Positions 26,850 to 39,859 of a stretch of 64,000 bases of DNA are shown one piece after another (position 1 is the first letter of the stretch; every line of letters starts with the position of its first letter). A model generated the notes under the pieces. It had not been told where the DNA came from. It saw only the letters and a program-made list of their open reading frames with translations, and did no database searches. The stretch comes from Camelus dromedarius (lineage: Eukaryota). The DNA is taken from contig NC_087436.1 in the NCBI RefSeq assembly GCF_036321535.1, positions 55,616,001 through 55,680,000 on the forward strand. The letters are read 5' to 3'. Both the position numbers and the translations under genes were made by a program.

Positions 26850-27025
26850 ACTTCCTCATTTTGATCTCTGACAACCAGATGGCACAAGTTTAATTATGGT
26901 CATATTATAGGTAATTAAACTGAGGTTCCATTATCTGTCCATAGTCATTCAGCAATTCAATGGTGAAGGCAAAGTATGAACCCAAATCTTCAGATTTTTC
27001 AATTCAGATCTCTTTTCTCTATATT
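26850..27025 (-). mobile_element. MIR fragment
   Basis: aaactgaggttc...tgtccatagtcattcagc...tatgaacccaaatcttcagat...ctcttttctcta. Confidence 0.65.
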
Positions 27026-28394
27026 TGTCAAATCTTTAACGTCACAGATACCTAGGAGGAACTAGTCGAAAGCTTACTAGTTTAATAAAGTTGATCTTCT
27101 TAGGGCATAAGATTTACATCTCTTTTTCTTTCCCTAGGTCATATTTAGTCACAATTTCCCCCATGACTGTCTTGCTTTCATCCGGATCTTTATCTTGTTC
27201 ACATAATTGGTATTGCTTTTTTTTTTCTCCACTTGATTAAGTGCTGTAAGAATCTCTAAGCCATATTAGCATTTTCTATATCATCCTTTTCGTTCTGTTT
27301 TTAGGGATGAAATGTTCCCATGTGCTATATAAAACGTATGTTCTTTAGGATGCTAAATGTTAGGAGGATACATCTGTACCAAAAGTAACATCTAGGCAAC
27401 AGATTCTGTACAGAATGGATATTTAGCACATTTTTAGTGTTGAAATGGATCATGATAGCTCAATCAACTTTGAAGAAGAAAAAAGATCCTTCAAAAAGGC
27501 AAATTTCAGAAGACTCTACTCCTGCCTCTTCTATTATTTGGTTTTAGCTTTTTTACTGGACATGGGTTAGTCTGCTTACTATAATAATAAAGGGAGTTTG
27601 TGGGGAAGGATCAAGAAAGCCAAGGAGGGCTCCTATGTAAAACCGTGTGAACTGTTTTTCTTAGAATTAGGCTTGAAAAGTGACAGGCCTGGTTCTCTGG
27701 GGAATCCATACTTCATGTGGTAAACAAAAACAATAACAAAACTTAAAAAGCAAGATTGTCCAGTCAGAGTTCTTACTGTCTGCTGAAAGTTATCTACATA
27801 CCAAGGAATGTAGTTTGGGGAGAAGATACGAGAAGGATTATAGATGGAACACTGAGATACCAGAAAAATATAAACATGCCCAAAATGTAAGCTAAGAAGT
27901 TTGGGGTGCATCAAATTAAATCTTAAAGAACACTGGACCACCAAGAGTTAAAGGATAAGGTCTTCAATTCCTGGTCATACTCTGTGAGCTCTGGGCCTGC
28001 CATTGTGAAGCCTCAACAGGCCTCCAGGGGCACATCTAACCTCATTCCATTCTGACCCTAAATTTCCCTTACCCCAACCCTGACCATCATCCTGCTGTGA
28101 AACCTGCAACTGCATCCCTGCTACAGCTGTCTTACTGAGGTGCCCTCAGCACCCTCCCGGTGCCTGCCATTCACACTTCTAATTTCCCACCACACCAACC
28201 TTACCATTCAGGCCCTCCCACTCTTTCCGTTCTCTGCTCATTTGTCACCTTTTTATAGCTTCAAACTCTGTCTCTTTCTTTCAGTTTTATTTTTCCATCA
28301 GCATGGAAATGTGCTTAATCTCTCCATCTGAAGATAACACATTTGGACTACAAATTCCCATCCAGCTCTCATTTATTTTTCCCCATTCACAGCC

Positions 28395-28860
28395 AGGATA
28401 CACATCCTTTATCAGATATTTGATTTGCAAATACATTCTCCCAACCAGTATTTTGTTTTTCCATTCTCTAAGCAGTGTCTTTCAAAAGAATAGAAGGTCT
28501 TAATCTGGATAAAAACCAATTTAACAATCCTTTGTCTTGTGGGTCACGCTTTTGGTGCTGTATATAAGAAATCCTTGTCTGGCCAAAGGTTACAAAAATT
28601 TTCCCTACATTCTCTTCTAGAAGTTATGTAACGTTAGGTTTTACATGTAGGTCCATGCTCCACTTTGAGTTATTTTTTTCTCTATACTGTTAGGTATGGA
28701 TTAAAATTGTAGTTTTGCATATGATTTTCCAGTTGCTCCAGCAACATGTATTGAATAAATAATTTGTCTACTTACTTTTTTTTTTTCAGTTTCTCAACAA
28801 TGTTTTGTAATTTTTAGTGTTCAGATCTTGAACTATTTTGTCAAATATATTCCCAAGTAC
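28395..28860 (-). mobile_element. Old L1 ORF2 fragment
   Basis: cctttatcagatatttgatttgcaaatacattctccca...cactttgagttattttt...ccagttgctccagcaacat is reverse L1 ORF2. Confidence 0.8.
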
Positions 28861-28861
28861 T

Positions 28862-31820
28862 TACCCCCATGAAACAGTACCACATCAGGGACTCAGTGCT
28901 GGTTTCTTCTGCCAGCAGATTAGCCACTCGGCAGTAGCAACAGGTTAGCCCTGGGAAGGGGATGCGCATGCTGTTCAGTCTCTGTCTGTAACATCGTGAC
29001 CACTCTCTTTATGGTCTCGAACAAGAACTGTGGTGCCTGGGTAAGGAAGCCAACTGACATTCACAGATCATGTCATTTTGTCCACTAATTACTGTTTGGT
29101 CCATTCAGTTGATGACAGGTTTCCTCTGCAGTGAATGCCCTTTGCTGGGCATTCACACAGAACACAAATAGTTTTACAATCTGTATCTATTCTGAGAGAT
29201 CCATCCACGTACTCCTTTCCCAAACTGACTTTTTGCCAGCTTTCCAATCTTATTTATTCCAAGTCCATGGCCATCCACCCAAACATTTCTTTCTTCACCA
29301 GTGGTCTTCAGGGTCATCCCTGAATGGGTTAATAGTGCTACAGCATTCCATTTTGGGGTGGTCACAACTTACCATGTGACCCATTTCTAAAGCTGGATCA
29401 ACTGTGCTCTTCATCAGTTATTTGGTTTCAGGGAAACTTCCAGGAATCCAAAGGCTTGAAGTGAGGGAGGACACAATGCTGCAGGACTTGGAGTCAAAGT
29501 TGTCAGAACCACCTATATTCATGCAACTTACTCATACCTTGCTCCTTAGGTACAATCAGCTTGATAGTAACCAATATATTGGACCACTATAATGGTTTGC
29601 AAAATGTCATGATGATCAGGATCTCAGCGGACAACGTTATGGCAAAGAGCATTTGCATTGTTTAAGTGTGGCGCAATACTGTGAAGTTACATTGTTTGCC
29701 CTTGCAGATAAAAGTAAATTGCTTTCGGTTATACTTAAAAATTGGTATGAAGAAAAGTGCATAAACCAGGTCAAGAGTGGCATACCAAGTCCGAGGCACT
29801 ATATTGATTTGCTCCAGTAAAAATACTGTGTCTGATACAGCAAGGACAACTGGAGTTGCCGCTTAACTTTAAAATAGTTCACTGTCATTCTCCATTTGAT
29901 TTCTGCACAGGTAAAACTAATAAATAAGATGGGAATGTGATAGATAATACTATCCCTGCTTCTTTCATGGTGGCATTAACTTTCGCAATTCTGTATTGTT
30001 TGTGGTTTACTAGCCTATCTTGGCAAAAAGTTCTAAGAATTCTATTTGGCAGTCTCACCATAATGGCCCTCATCACATGGGTTAACGAGCTAATTGGGTA
30101 TTCTGTCAGTTGTCAAATATGTCTATTTTCAATTAGATATTCAGGAGCTGGAAAAATAACTGTAGAGTATCTGCAAACCTCCTGAGACCTTTGTGATTCA
30201 GAGTTAAGATTCCATCAGACCAGCACAGGCCCCTATTCTGACTGGTGGAGCACAGTGGCATTTCACGTCACCAGGAGTAAGTTGTCAGTTCAGTGCCAGC
30301 ACCTAGTAATCCCTAAAAAAGAATGTCTGGGTATTTCTTTTCCCCAAAACAAAGTCATTGTAGTAAATGACTGATGAGCTCTTTGGGAAAGGCTTGGAGG
30401 AAGATTTACAGTATGTACTTGCGGCAATTGTCCTATGTCCTCTCTCAAGAGGAGCAGAACTATTTCAGTCAAAGGGCTCTGGGACTGTGAGCAGACAAGT
30501 CTAGAAACTGGGTGAAAGGCCATAATTCTCCACTTCGGCAATCCAAGTCAGGTTTCCTGTTACTGGACTTAGAGTTTTTCCTATTATGTAAATCAAGCAA
30601 TACGCTACTGAGCTGTCCATTTATTTAATTCCTAGAGACATTGTGATCAATTAGCCACCACTAAAGATCTCTGCAGGTCAATGCATTCTAATTACTGGCG
30701 TGTCCCTGTTTCCCTTTATGGTTGATGTGACCACCTTGCCTTTAATGATTAAGTGCTGCTGCTTGGCTTCCGCTATTCTGGGATTCTGTCTTTTTTTTTT
30801 TTTTTTTTTTAATCAGAAAGCCGATCTGAATGGTGGCATCCCCTGGCCTGTAGTGGAGAGCAGCCACAGAGCCTTTCAGAGATGCTCTAACTATATAAAT
30901 GACTAACATACTTACCAACGCCTTAGTGAAGAGAGTATTTTCAAGGTCTTCTCAGGTCTTCTCATGGATCATAGTTGTGGGACAGGTGTGCAGGTCACAC
31001 GTAACAAACCTAGTACAACATTTCTGTCTCCCTTTGCATTCTCTTGGAGACTTTGGATTCTCTTTTCATATCAGGGAAGCTCTGGCATCTGTCTTAGTAA
31101 ATGGATGCTACAATTGAATTTACATCCACTCAAACACCCAAGTAAATGGTGAGAGCCACATCCAGCTGCACAAGCTGAAGCATTAAATCTGGAAGCTTGA
31201 TTAAGTACCCCCAAATAAATGAATTGAGCCTATTCTAGTGTTTTATGCTGGATAGACCTCTTTGGTCTAACACACTTAAAATCTTGTTTGCACATGTTTC
31301 TCAGATTTTTGCTGCTGTATATTAGCAAGGTCTTAAACATCTTTCAGTGTATAAGCTATTTCTTTTTCCTCCTGGAATGTGGAGAAAAGATGTATCTGCC
31401 CTAATGGAATATGCTGAGGTGTGACCCTAATTATGAATATAACAGCAACGCGATGATTGCAGTGGGTCTTGAGGAAATGAGCATCCCCTTTCATGGTTGT
31501 GTTATCACAGAGTTTTCAACATAAGGAAGTCTAGTCTCCTTTGCCCTTTGAGGGAAAGCTTCTGCTTCTAAGGGAGTCTCAGATTTAACATTGTCCGTTT
31601 TAGCTGGGTCCAATGAGATATCCCCATTCTGAGTTTAAGGATTTAATTCTTTCCTGATTAATGCCTTAATTTTCACATGAGAAACTAGGAGAGATTGAAT
31701 TTGACTGTCATTCTAATACAGAAACTCCCAAGACTAAAAATTGTGTTTGATTTTCAACAATATCAGCCCTGTGGCTACTAGAAATAAGACTCTTTAAGGG
31801 CTGTCATTAAAGCTGTCTGG
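28862..31820 (-). mobile_element. ERV-L internal region (decayed gag-pro-pol, partial integrase), no LTRs seen
   Basis: Minus-strand peptide relics match ERV-L: gag LKESYF..VKIKALIRKE (~31650-31800); protease region VNLPPSLSQR..FTTMTLFWGK (30290-30541); RT start VNHKQYRI..KEAGIV..LPVQKSNG (29885-30076); RNase H AVALLTHSGMTLKTTGE and WMDLSE; VNAQQRA; and the integrase zinc-finger region near 28870-29020. Confidence 0.9.
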
Positions 31821-31829
31821 TTATATAGT

Positions 31830-32920
31830 CAAAATTGAAGTGATATTACACCACTTCAGATATAACATAAGAATCTCCCAACAGGATACTTTTATTTCGC
31901 TCCTTGTGGCCTTTGGGCTATTTTTGTCATGAACTTTATTTTACATAAATTATAAATATTGTTATGTACAGTATGGTTATTATTTTCACTTTAAACAATA
32001 AATTAGCTTTTCAAGAGTTTTAAATTTAAATCTTTGTATTTATGCACATAGTTACCATTTCTGATAATCTGTATTGCTTTATGTATAACCACATTTCCAT
32101 CTGATATTATTTTCCTTCTCCTTAAAGGACTTCACTTAATATTTTTGGTGGTACTAGTTGGCTAATTGTGAATTCCTTAAAGTTTTGTTTATCTGAAATT
32201 ATCTTTATTTCTCCTTTATATTTTGAAAAGTATTTTCCCTGAATATAGACTTACAGATTGTCATGGCTTCTATTTTGTTTGGTTTTGTTTTGTTTTGTTT
32301 TTACTTTCTCATAGCATAGCAGATTTCTAATCAAAAATAATGCAATGTCCTCTGGGTTTTGGCCTACGTTATTTTGGATTAGAAATCTTCTGTAATCCTT
32401 ATATTTGTCCTTAGGCATGTAATCTCTGATTTTGCCCTGGACACCTTTAAAATATTATCTTTATCACTGGTTTTAAACACTTTGACAACAATGTCCTTTG
32501 GTGTAGTTTTCTTTATGGTTCTTGTGCGTGAGTTTTGTTGAAATTCTTAATATCTGAGAGTTAATCGCTTTCATCAAATTTGGAAAGTGTTCATCCATTG
32601 TTTCTTCTCTTTTTTTATTGTTTTCCTTTTTTCGGAGGACTTCAATTGTATTTATATCAGGTCCTTTGACTTCTCCCATAGCTCACTGATTATTTAATCA
32701 TTTTTTTCTATTTGTAATTTATTTGGGATAATTTCTATTGTGTCTTCAAAGTTATTAATCCCTCCTCCAGAATGTCTTATCTGTCATTAATCCCATCCAC
32801 TGTATTTTTCATTTCAGGAAAAGGTTTATATCTAAAATTTTAATTTTCACATCTAAAAATCTAACTCACATCTTTTACATCCTCTTATGTCTCAACTTGT
32901 TCAAGATTTCCTCTAACTCC
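31830..32920 (-). mobile_element. Old L1 (L1M) ORF1/inter-ORF fragment
   Basis: ttttgtttatctgaaattatctttatttctcc...ttcatcaaatttggaaagtg; the minus-strand peptide EHFPNLMKAINSQI is ORF1-like. Confidence 0.8.
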
Positions 32921-33009
32921 TCACACCTATACAAGACCATGACATCATTTTTTCACCAAATCCATTGTGACCCCATCTTCAATGGCTTTTTTCCTTTGCT
33001 CTCTTAGTA

Positions 33010-33100
33010 ATATGTGGGACATACTCATACTAAAATAATTATCTTTTAAAATTTAAATACAAATGCAACTGAGCAGTCCACACTCATCAGACATTCCTAA
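33010..33100. mobile_element. MER53-like hAT MITE half
   Basis: gggacatactcatactaaaataattat...aaatacaaatgcaactgagcagtcc resembles one arm of MER53. Confidence 0.55.
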
Positions 33101-33184
33101 TAGCAAATCTCACCTCATGACATTTCCTAACTTTCTCATCAACTTTTTTACCTACTTCGCACTAGTCACCAGTAGACCGCCTAC

Positions 33185-33365
33185 ATACTTTATTTATTAA
33201 CTTGCTAATAATCTGCCTTCACCCACCAGAAGGTAAGGTCTGTGAGGGGAGATATTTGTATATGTTTTATATCCTGCTGTTTTGCAGTGTCTATAACAAT
33301 GACACACATAATTGGCATTTCCTAAATATTTGCTGAATTCATAAATGGGTGAATAAATAAAATAT
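33185..33365 (+). mobile_element. L2 3' end
   Basis: gtaaggtctgtgagggg...cctaaatatttgctgaattcataaatgggtgaataaat. Confidence 0.7.
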
Positions 33366-35669
33366 TTAATTGATTGGTTAATTAACCTTGGAGAACATTC
33401 TTCCTGAAAGATAAAATGGAGGATGAGAGGGGACAAAAGAAAGTAAAACAGAGGCTGTTGTATAAATCACAGTGCTTTCTTTTCAACATCTTCCACTTTC
33501 CTGATTACATTTCAGAAAATATTATTTAGAAGTGGACAGTGATATATTTTGTGGTTTTTCTGAGCACTTAGTTTTAAGGTAAATGTCCTACCAGAAACAG
33601 TCACCTAATGAGATGAACCATTTGCTCTGCATTTAGTTTATTTTTGTTGTATAAGATACACTTTTTCTGATGGGTTCTTTTTTTTTTTTCCCTCATCCCA
33701 GAAGAACTTTAAAGAACTTGACTGCTTCGTCCTCTAATTCAGATTGAAAGGTGGCTGGAAGGACAGTTTTGTACACAAAGGAAAGGGTGATGTTTTAATT
33801 TTCTTTCCCTTGTTCTTGTGAAAGTCAACTCTGTAAATCCTGCTTTCTAAGGTAATGAGACTTGTGAGCTTGGGTTACACTTAAGGATTCCACGAAGAGA
33901 ACATTATATTACTGTTTCTTTCTCTAGTTTCTAAATGTCAGCATTGATATTACCAGGCAGCATAAAGATATCAATCATCAGAAAGCTTATCGACTGTTCA
34001 AAATAGTTCTATCAATATCTAATTTGCTGTCTGATCTAATGCACAGTCAGCCAGTGCAATGCCAACATTGTCTTTCAGGATATGTCATCTTTCCTCTATA
34101 GACAATGAGAAAAGCCTTAATTTTATCCTTGGACATTGCACACAGAGAAAGACTCTTTATGTGCTAGAAGGGAAAATGTTGAAGAAAAACACCAACTTTT
34201 CTGTTCTTGTTTCTCTATAATCTATACCTTAAGAGTTTAAAATGATACAGTGCACCTGTCACAAGTTTTACATTAAAAATAAATCAGACATTTAAAAAAC
34301 ATCCTATAAATTGTTATCACTGAACTCATGAATTTGTTAACCCCTGTTCATCACTAATTATGAAATTTTGTCCATTGGCAACTGCATATCTTACTCTCTT
34401 TGCAATTGTGACTTTCATTTTGAAATGGCTTCTCAAAGGGTCAATTTCAGCAAAAGTTGAAAGTAGCTTATATCCTCCCCAGGATGTATAGCTGATTCCA
34501 GATCCTCATTTATAATGCTTTTCCATTTGGACAGCCACATTCTCTTTCATCTCAAGTCAAAGAGCAAACCCTACCTAAAATATAGTTATTAGACCCTCCA
34601 TTTTAGTGCAAATAGTCTTGGGCTACATATAAATGGTTCACAGTATTTAAAGCACAACTCAGCCATTCACTGATTCTAATTCACCACATACTTATTGATG
34701 ACTGATAAATGGTTTAAGTCCTGTGCTAGTTACTGTGGACAAAACAACCAATCAACAGAGATCCAATCCTGTCTTCACGGAGATTACGGTCTAATGGAAG
34801 AGAAGTCCAGAAGTTCAAAATCTCATAGTCAATCTGAACTTGCTATGTCTTTTATTATATGCATCCCATTTTCCTGTGTTGCTGTATATAATTGGACAGT
34901 ATTTAGTAATTTAAGAAGCTCAGTTTAGAGCATCTTAAATCTTTAAAAACTATTGAAATATGAGCATAGTAGGAAAATGTAAGAACTGTGATTCAGTTTT
35001 CCCCAACCTACTTGCTCACTTTTCATTCTCTTCATCCTTCCCAAGTGAAACAGCAGAATATCAGCATTACAGATACACCACAACATTTGGGGGCAAAGCT
35101 GTGTGGCAAATTTTATGTAAAATATCTTATAGTGGATTGAGAACTGAACAAATCATGGGAAGAAATAGATGGATGGTAAGGGACTTTTCTTTCCCAAATG
35201 CTTAAAAGAAACTTTGCAACTGTAAAAATGTTCCTCCGTTCCCAATGCTTAATCAATAATAGTAAAACATTTGCTCCTTGGCTGGAACCATTTCATTTCC
35301 GAAACTCTATCAGAAGGAATATATATATAATATAGGCAGACATCCAGGATATCAGCAGAGAGGATTATGGTACACACATGACATTTAAATACTGACTAAA
35401 ATAGTGTACTTTCTGGCAAACCTCAGAAAATATAGATCTAAGATCCTCAGGGTATGTTGGAGGGCAGTTATGTTTAACAAAAGTGTGACCTTTCTAAAGT
35501 AGGAAAATGAGAAGACTGTAGACTGTCAGCCCAGAGGAAGGATCTTTGGTGGGAAGAACTGGGCTCCAGCAGCTTTCAGATTTAGGCGTCCAAGTGAAAA
35601 GCTGGCCCTTATTGCATGACAGTTGCTAGGATGCATCACTTTATCACTCCAAACAAAACAGAACAAAAT

Positions 35670-36105
35670 GTGTCAGACTGGAGCTGTAGGACTTTGCTAT
35701 GGCAGCATAAAAAGTACTCCAAAATTCAATGGCTTAAACAACCACCATTCATTCTTTTCTCACATGTTTGAAGATCAGCTGGGGTTGACTGATCTAGGCT
35801 GAGCCTGCCTCTGGCTGTTTGCCTCTTTTCCATGTGACACTTGTTTTCCTCTGGGACCAGCTGGGGCAGGCTTTTCTCATAGTGATGCCAGAGTGCAAGG
35901 GAAACCTCCAAGGCCTGTTAAGGCCTGGCTGAAGCCACCATCCTCTGACTTCTGCTTCACTGTATTGGCTAAAGCAAGTCACATGGTCAAATACAAAGTC
36001 AAAGGGTAGTAAATTGTACTCTGCTTTTTTAGGGGAAGGAAGTGCACCAAACAGAGGGAGGCATGAAAAAGTGCCAATCAGGGCAACCTTCCTGGGAAGC
36101 AATAT
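35670..36105 (-). mobile_element. MaLR LTR (MLT1H/I-like)
   Basis: ccaaaattcaatggcttaaacaac...acttctgcttcactgtattggctaaagcaagtcacatggtcaa. Confidence 0.8.
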
Positions 36106-36189
36106 AAATTCATGTGTTCTGTCTGGTCTTCAGAGGCCTTAACACTGTCTTAAACTGGCCTGTGATTTCTAATCAATCCACATGAAGGT

Positions 36190-36684
36190 AGTATTCATTT
36201 TCTATTGCTGCTGTGAAAAAAAATTATCATAAACTTAGGGTCCTAAAATGACACAAGTTTATTATCTTACAGTTCTGTAGGACAGAAGTTCAACACAGTC
36301 TCACTGGGCTAAAATCAAGGTATAGGCATGGTTGTGTTGCTTCTGACGGCTTCAGAATCAGTTTCCTTGCCTTTTTCAGCTTGTAGAGACTGTCTGCACT
36401 CCTTGGCTCAGACCCCTTCCTTCCATCATCAAAGTCAGCAAATTCAGGCTGAGTCTTTTCATGCTGCCATCTCTCTGGTGCTCATCTACCTCCCTCGTTC
36501 CCTTTTAAGGACCCTTATAATAACATTGTCTCTTACCTAGAAATCCAAGATAATCTCCCTATTTTAAGGTTAGCTGATGTGCATTCTTGATTCTATCTGA
36601 AAATTTAATTTCCCTTTTCCATGTAAACTAACATATTCACCAGTTCAGAGAATAAGGACGTGGACATTTTTTGAATCAGCTTAC
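36190..36684 (-). mobile_element. MaLR LTR (MLT1D-like)
   Basis: ttttctattgctgctgt...tttattatcttacagttctgtagg...ctgggctaaaatcaaggt...ccaagataatctccctattttaagg...aaggacgtggacat. Confidence 0.85.
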
Positions 36685-37135
36685 TGTTAAAGAAAAAATT
36701 ATTCATGACACTTGTTAAAGGACAGTAATGAAGGCTTTATTCAGGGGGCTACTGCAATAGGGTTTTATTGTCAGGGAGAGAGAGAACGCTCAACTATGAG
36801 TACAATAGGAAAAGCAGGACTCTGTAGCCAAGGAGCAGGTAGGAGAACGATGGATGGAAAATTACTAAGAGGTGACATCAGCAGTAAGGGGAGATTCTGG
36901 CTAAACCAACCTAATAGGATTCTCACTGAGGACAGGCGAGGGTAATCAGACATCACCTGGGGAACGGTGGAGGATGAGGAATCTTATCAGATAGTAGGAG
37001 CGAGGGGTTCTGTCTAAACTTACTTAGAATACTTGCTAAAATTGGGCCACGCAAAGCTCCAAAATCAAGGACTAGTTGAGAAGACGGTTCAGAGGAGCCT
37101 GACATAGGGTTAGGTCAAGAAGGGAATCTTTGTCG
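36685..37135 (-). mobile_element. ERV1-class solo LTR (MER31-like)
   Basis: Begins tgttaaagaaaaaattattcatgacacttgttaaag and ends ctagttgagaagacggttcagaggagcctgac...ggtcaagaagggaatctttgtc; flanked by ttac/ctac. Confidence 0.8.
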
Positions 37136-37273
37136 CTACCATAGAGATAATATCACTTTTTGTTACTGATAACCTCAAAGAAACAAGAATGCATATGTTC
37201 TCGGAGGAGGAGGATGAAGTGTTTTATATATCTCCCTTGTGACCTAGGTTATTTTTTAAATGACATTTTTTAT

Positions 37274-37776
37274 TATAGTAGTTCCCCCTTATCTGTAATT
37301 TCAGTTACCAGCAGTCAACAGTGGTACAAATATTCAATGGAAAATTCCAGAAATAAACAATTTATAAGTTTTCAACTGTTTGCCATTCTGAGTAGCATGA
37401 TGAAATATTGAGCTGTCCCACTCCCTCTCGCCTTGGATGCTAATCATCCTTTTGTCTAATTTATCCAGGCGTATATACTATCCTCCTGTTAGTCACTTAG
37501 TAGCTGACTCAGTTATCAGAATCAACGGTGGTGACATCACAGTGTTTGTGTTCAGGTAACCTTTATTTTACCTAATAATGGCCCCAAAGCCCAAAATAGT
37601 GATGTTGGCAGTTCAGTTATTCTCTCATTTTGTCTAATTTATAAATTAAACTTTATCATAGGTATGTAAATATAAGAAAAAAACACAGTATATATACGGT
37701 TCAGTACTGTCTGCAGTTTCAAGCATCCACTGGGGTTCTCAGAACATATCCCTGCAGATAAGAAGGAACTACCATA
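37274..37776 (+). mobile_element. MER44-like (Tigger7-derived) DNA transposon
   Basis: Imperfect TIRs agtagttcccccttatct ... agataagaaggaactac, TA flanks, and internal aatggaaaattccagaaataaacaattt. Confidence 0.85.
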
Positions 37777-39231
37777 TTCTGATTATATAAGTAAATTGAG
37801 TTCATAGTGAAAATATTTATGAATAGAGACATAGCAACAAAAACTGGAGTCAAACATAGCCTTGCCAGTTAGGTAGCTATTTTAAATAATCTTGAGAATA
37901 ACTTTATATATAAAATATATCTTTATAGCCACATATATTCACTTAAATCTCATTTTCACTAAGGTATAATTAGTCAATCAACCTGTATTATAGACTAATT
38001 AAAAAAAACTGGTGTGATTAGGGGAAAGAATATAAAATAAGCAAACACCAGGCAAACAGGAGTCTTGTGTGTGGAAGTAGAGGTGAGAGTCTTTGAAATT
38101 TTAATTATCTGGAGAAAGCAAAGGTTGTTACTCATTGCAGCCATATTCCCAACTTGAACTCTTGCCTTTGTTTGCCCTTGTCTACCTTCAGTTGTGTTGG
38201 AGTAAACGGGATTTCTAGGTGAGCATAGATGTGCATGAGATGGGGTGGGCAGTGTGCTGCCGTAACAGCACAATCTAAAAGGAATTTCACTATTTAGCGT
38301 ATTGCACAGGCCAATAATTTTCACAGCATTTATGAAAAATACTTTCCTTTTTTTTCTTGTTTTTCTAATTTAGCACTCTTGTTACTCAGAGGAGTATAAT
38401 CTAACTACACAAATATGATAGCACGGTGGTTAGTTATACCAATTGTATCATTAAAATGGTAGGGAAGAGACAAGGTATATTTTCTAGCAACTAGTCATTA
38501 TCTCTGGGAGCTTGAGCCTACAATTCAAGGTAACAACACAAATGGAAATAACATTGTATTTAGTTTTTGGCTAGGCAACTAAACATGATAACTGAAATAT
38601 GGCCTAAATCACAGCCCAGACATTGGAAGCATAGAATATAAGAGCTGGAATACAGTAATCACATAGCAGCAATCCTCAAATTTATTTTTTACATAAGTAC
38701 TTTTCAACTTATTGAGATAATTTTTTTAGAAACAGTTCTTGCCTTTAACAAATTTATAATCAAATGTATCAACTTAATGTAATAGAGATATGAACAATGT
38801 ATTCTGAAAAGAGAGTAGTTAATTGTCCCTGAAGGTGGCCAGATCAAAATGGCCTCATAAAACTGTTATTGTCAGATCTGTAATGAGAGTGGAGATTTTC
38901 TGGCTCCCAACACAGAAAACTGTAAGCATTGCTTCTAGAGAACTGCTTTTAAAACAAAATATAAACCTGGTGTGTGAATGAATTAACATCAGTCATACAA
39001 ATGCATGTATAATCTGGATATGATTCTTCTTAGAACAAGATATAAGGAAGAGACTCAAGATTCTCATCAATTCTCCATATGACCTTGGCCTAGTCATATC
39101 AATCTGCACATATTTTCCTAAGCCCTTAAAATGAAGGAACAGAGATATGGCTTTCAAAGTCCCCTAGTTGCTTTCCCATTGCATTTTCCTATGATTTGCT
39201 GTCTAGTTGTATATCCTGGAATCTAAAACAT

Positions 39232-39725
39232 ACTGAGAGAGAATTCTTCACAGCATCTGCACATTTTGTTTCAGCTTTTGTCCCAGACTATTCTTTAAGC
39301 ATGTTTGTATAGCAAACAGCTTTGGAAAAAGAGATAGTGTCACCTTCTGGGGAAGAGGGCAGATTTCTTTCCTGATTAGGGTAATAAAGATAAGGTCTCC
39401 TTCCAGGCCAAAGTTGGGCAGTTTGCTAGCAGCAAACTTTTAGAAGATCAGAGGGCCCTAAGCTTAGGGTTTCTCAGTTTTGGAACAAACTCACTGAATT
39501 TTCAGGATTCATCTGGGCCTATATCTGCAACATCTCCATGGGAATTAAGGACATGAGGGTTAGGGCAGGAAAGCTGTGATTCTATCTGCTGTGCAATGAG
39601 TGAAAAAGTCCTTTTCTCTGACCCAGGAAACTTGGGTCTTCTGCTAGCATCTATGAAGTTGTGGCAGACTAACTTGTTAGCTTGAAAGTAAGGCAAAAAC
39701 CTCAGACCTTTCACATTTCTTAATA
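39232..39725 (+). mobile_element. Old ERV solo LTR (probably ERV-L class; subfamily not determined)
   Basis: The end gtggcagactaacttgttagcttgaaagtaaggcaaaaacctcagacctttcacatttcttaata matches a recurrent eutherian LTR terminus as I recall it. Confidence 0.7.
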
Positions 39726-39859
39726 AATGACTGCACATTACAGAAACTTCCAGAAGAGAAGATAGCCTTTGTGTGAGGTTATCCATGCCTTGATAATGCT
39801 TTTAGATTTAAGAAACCAACAGAGTAATAAGCAATTTACATTATCTGGGCTTGAATAAT

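Noticed and set aside
29131..31152. + strand ORFs over the ERV region as a possible domesticated gene
   Set aside because: They are antisense to a heavily disrupted ERV-L, and no intact gag or pol frame remains.
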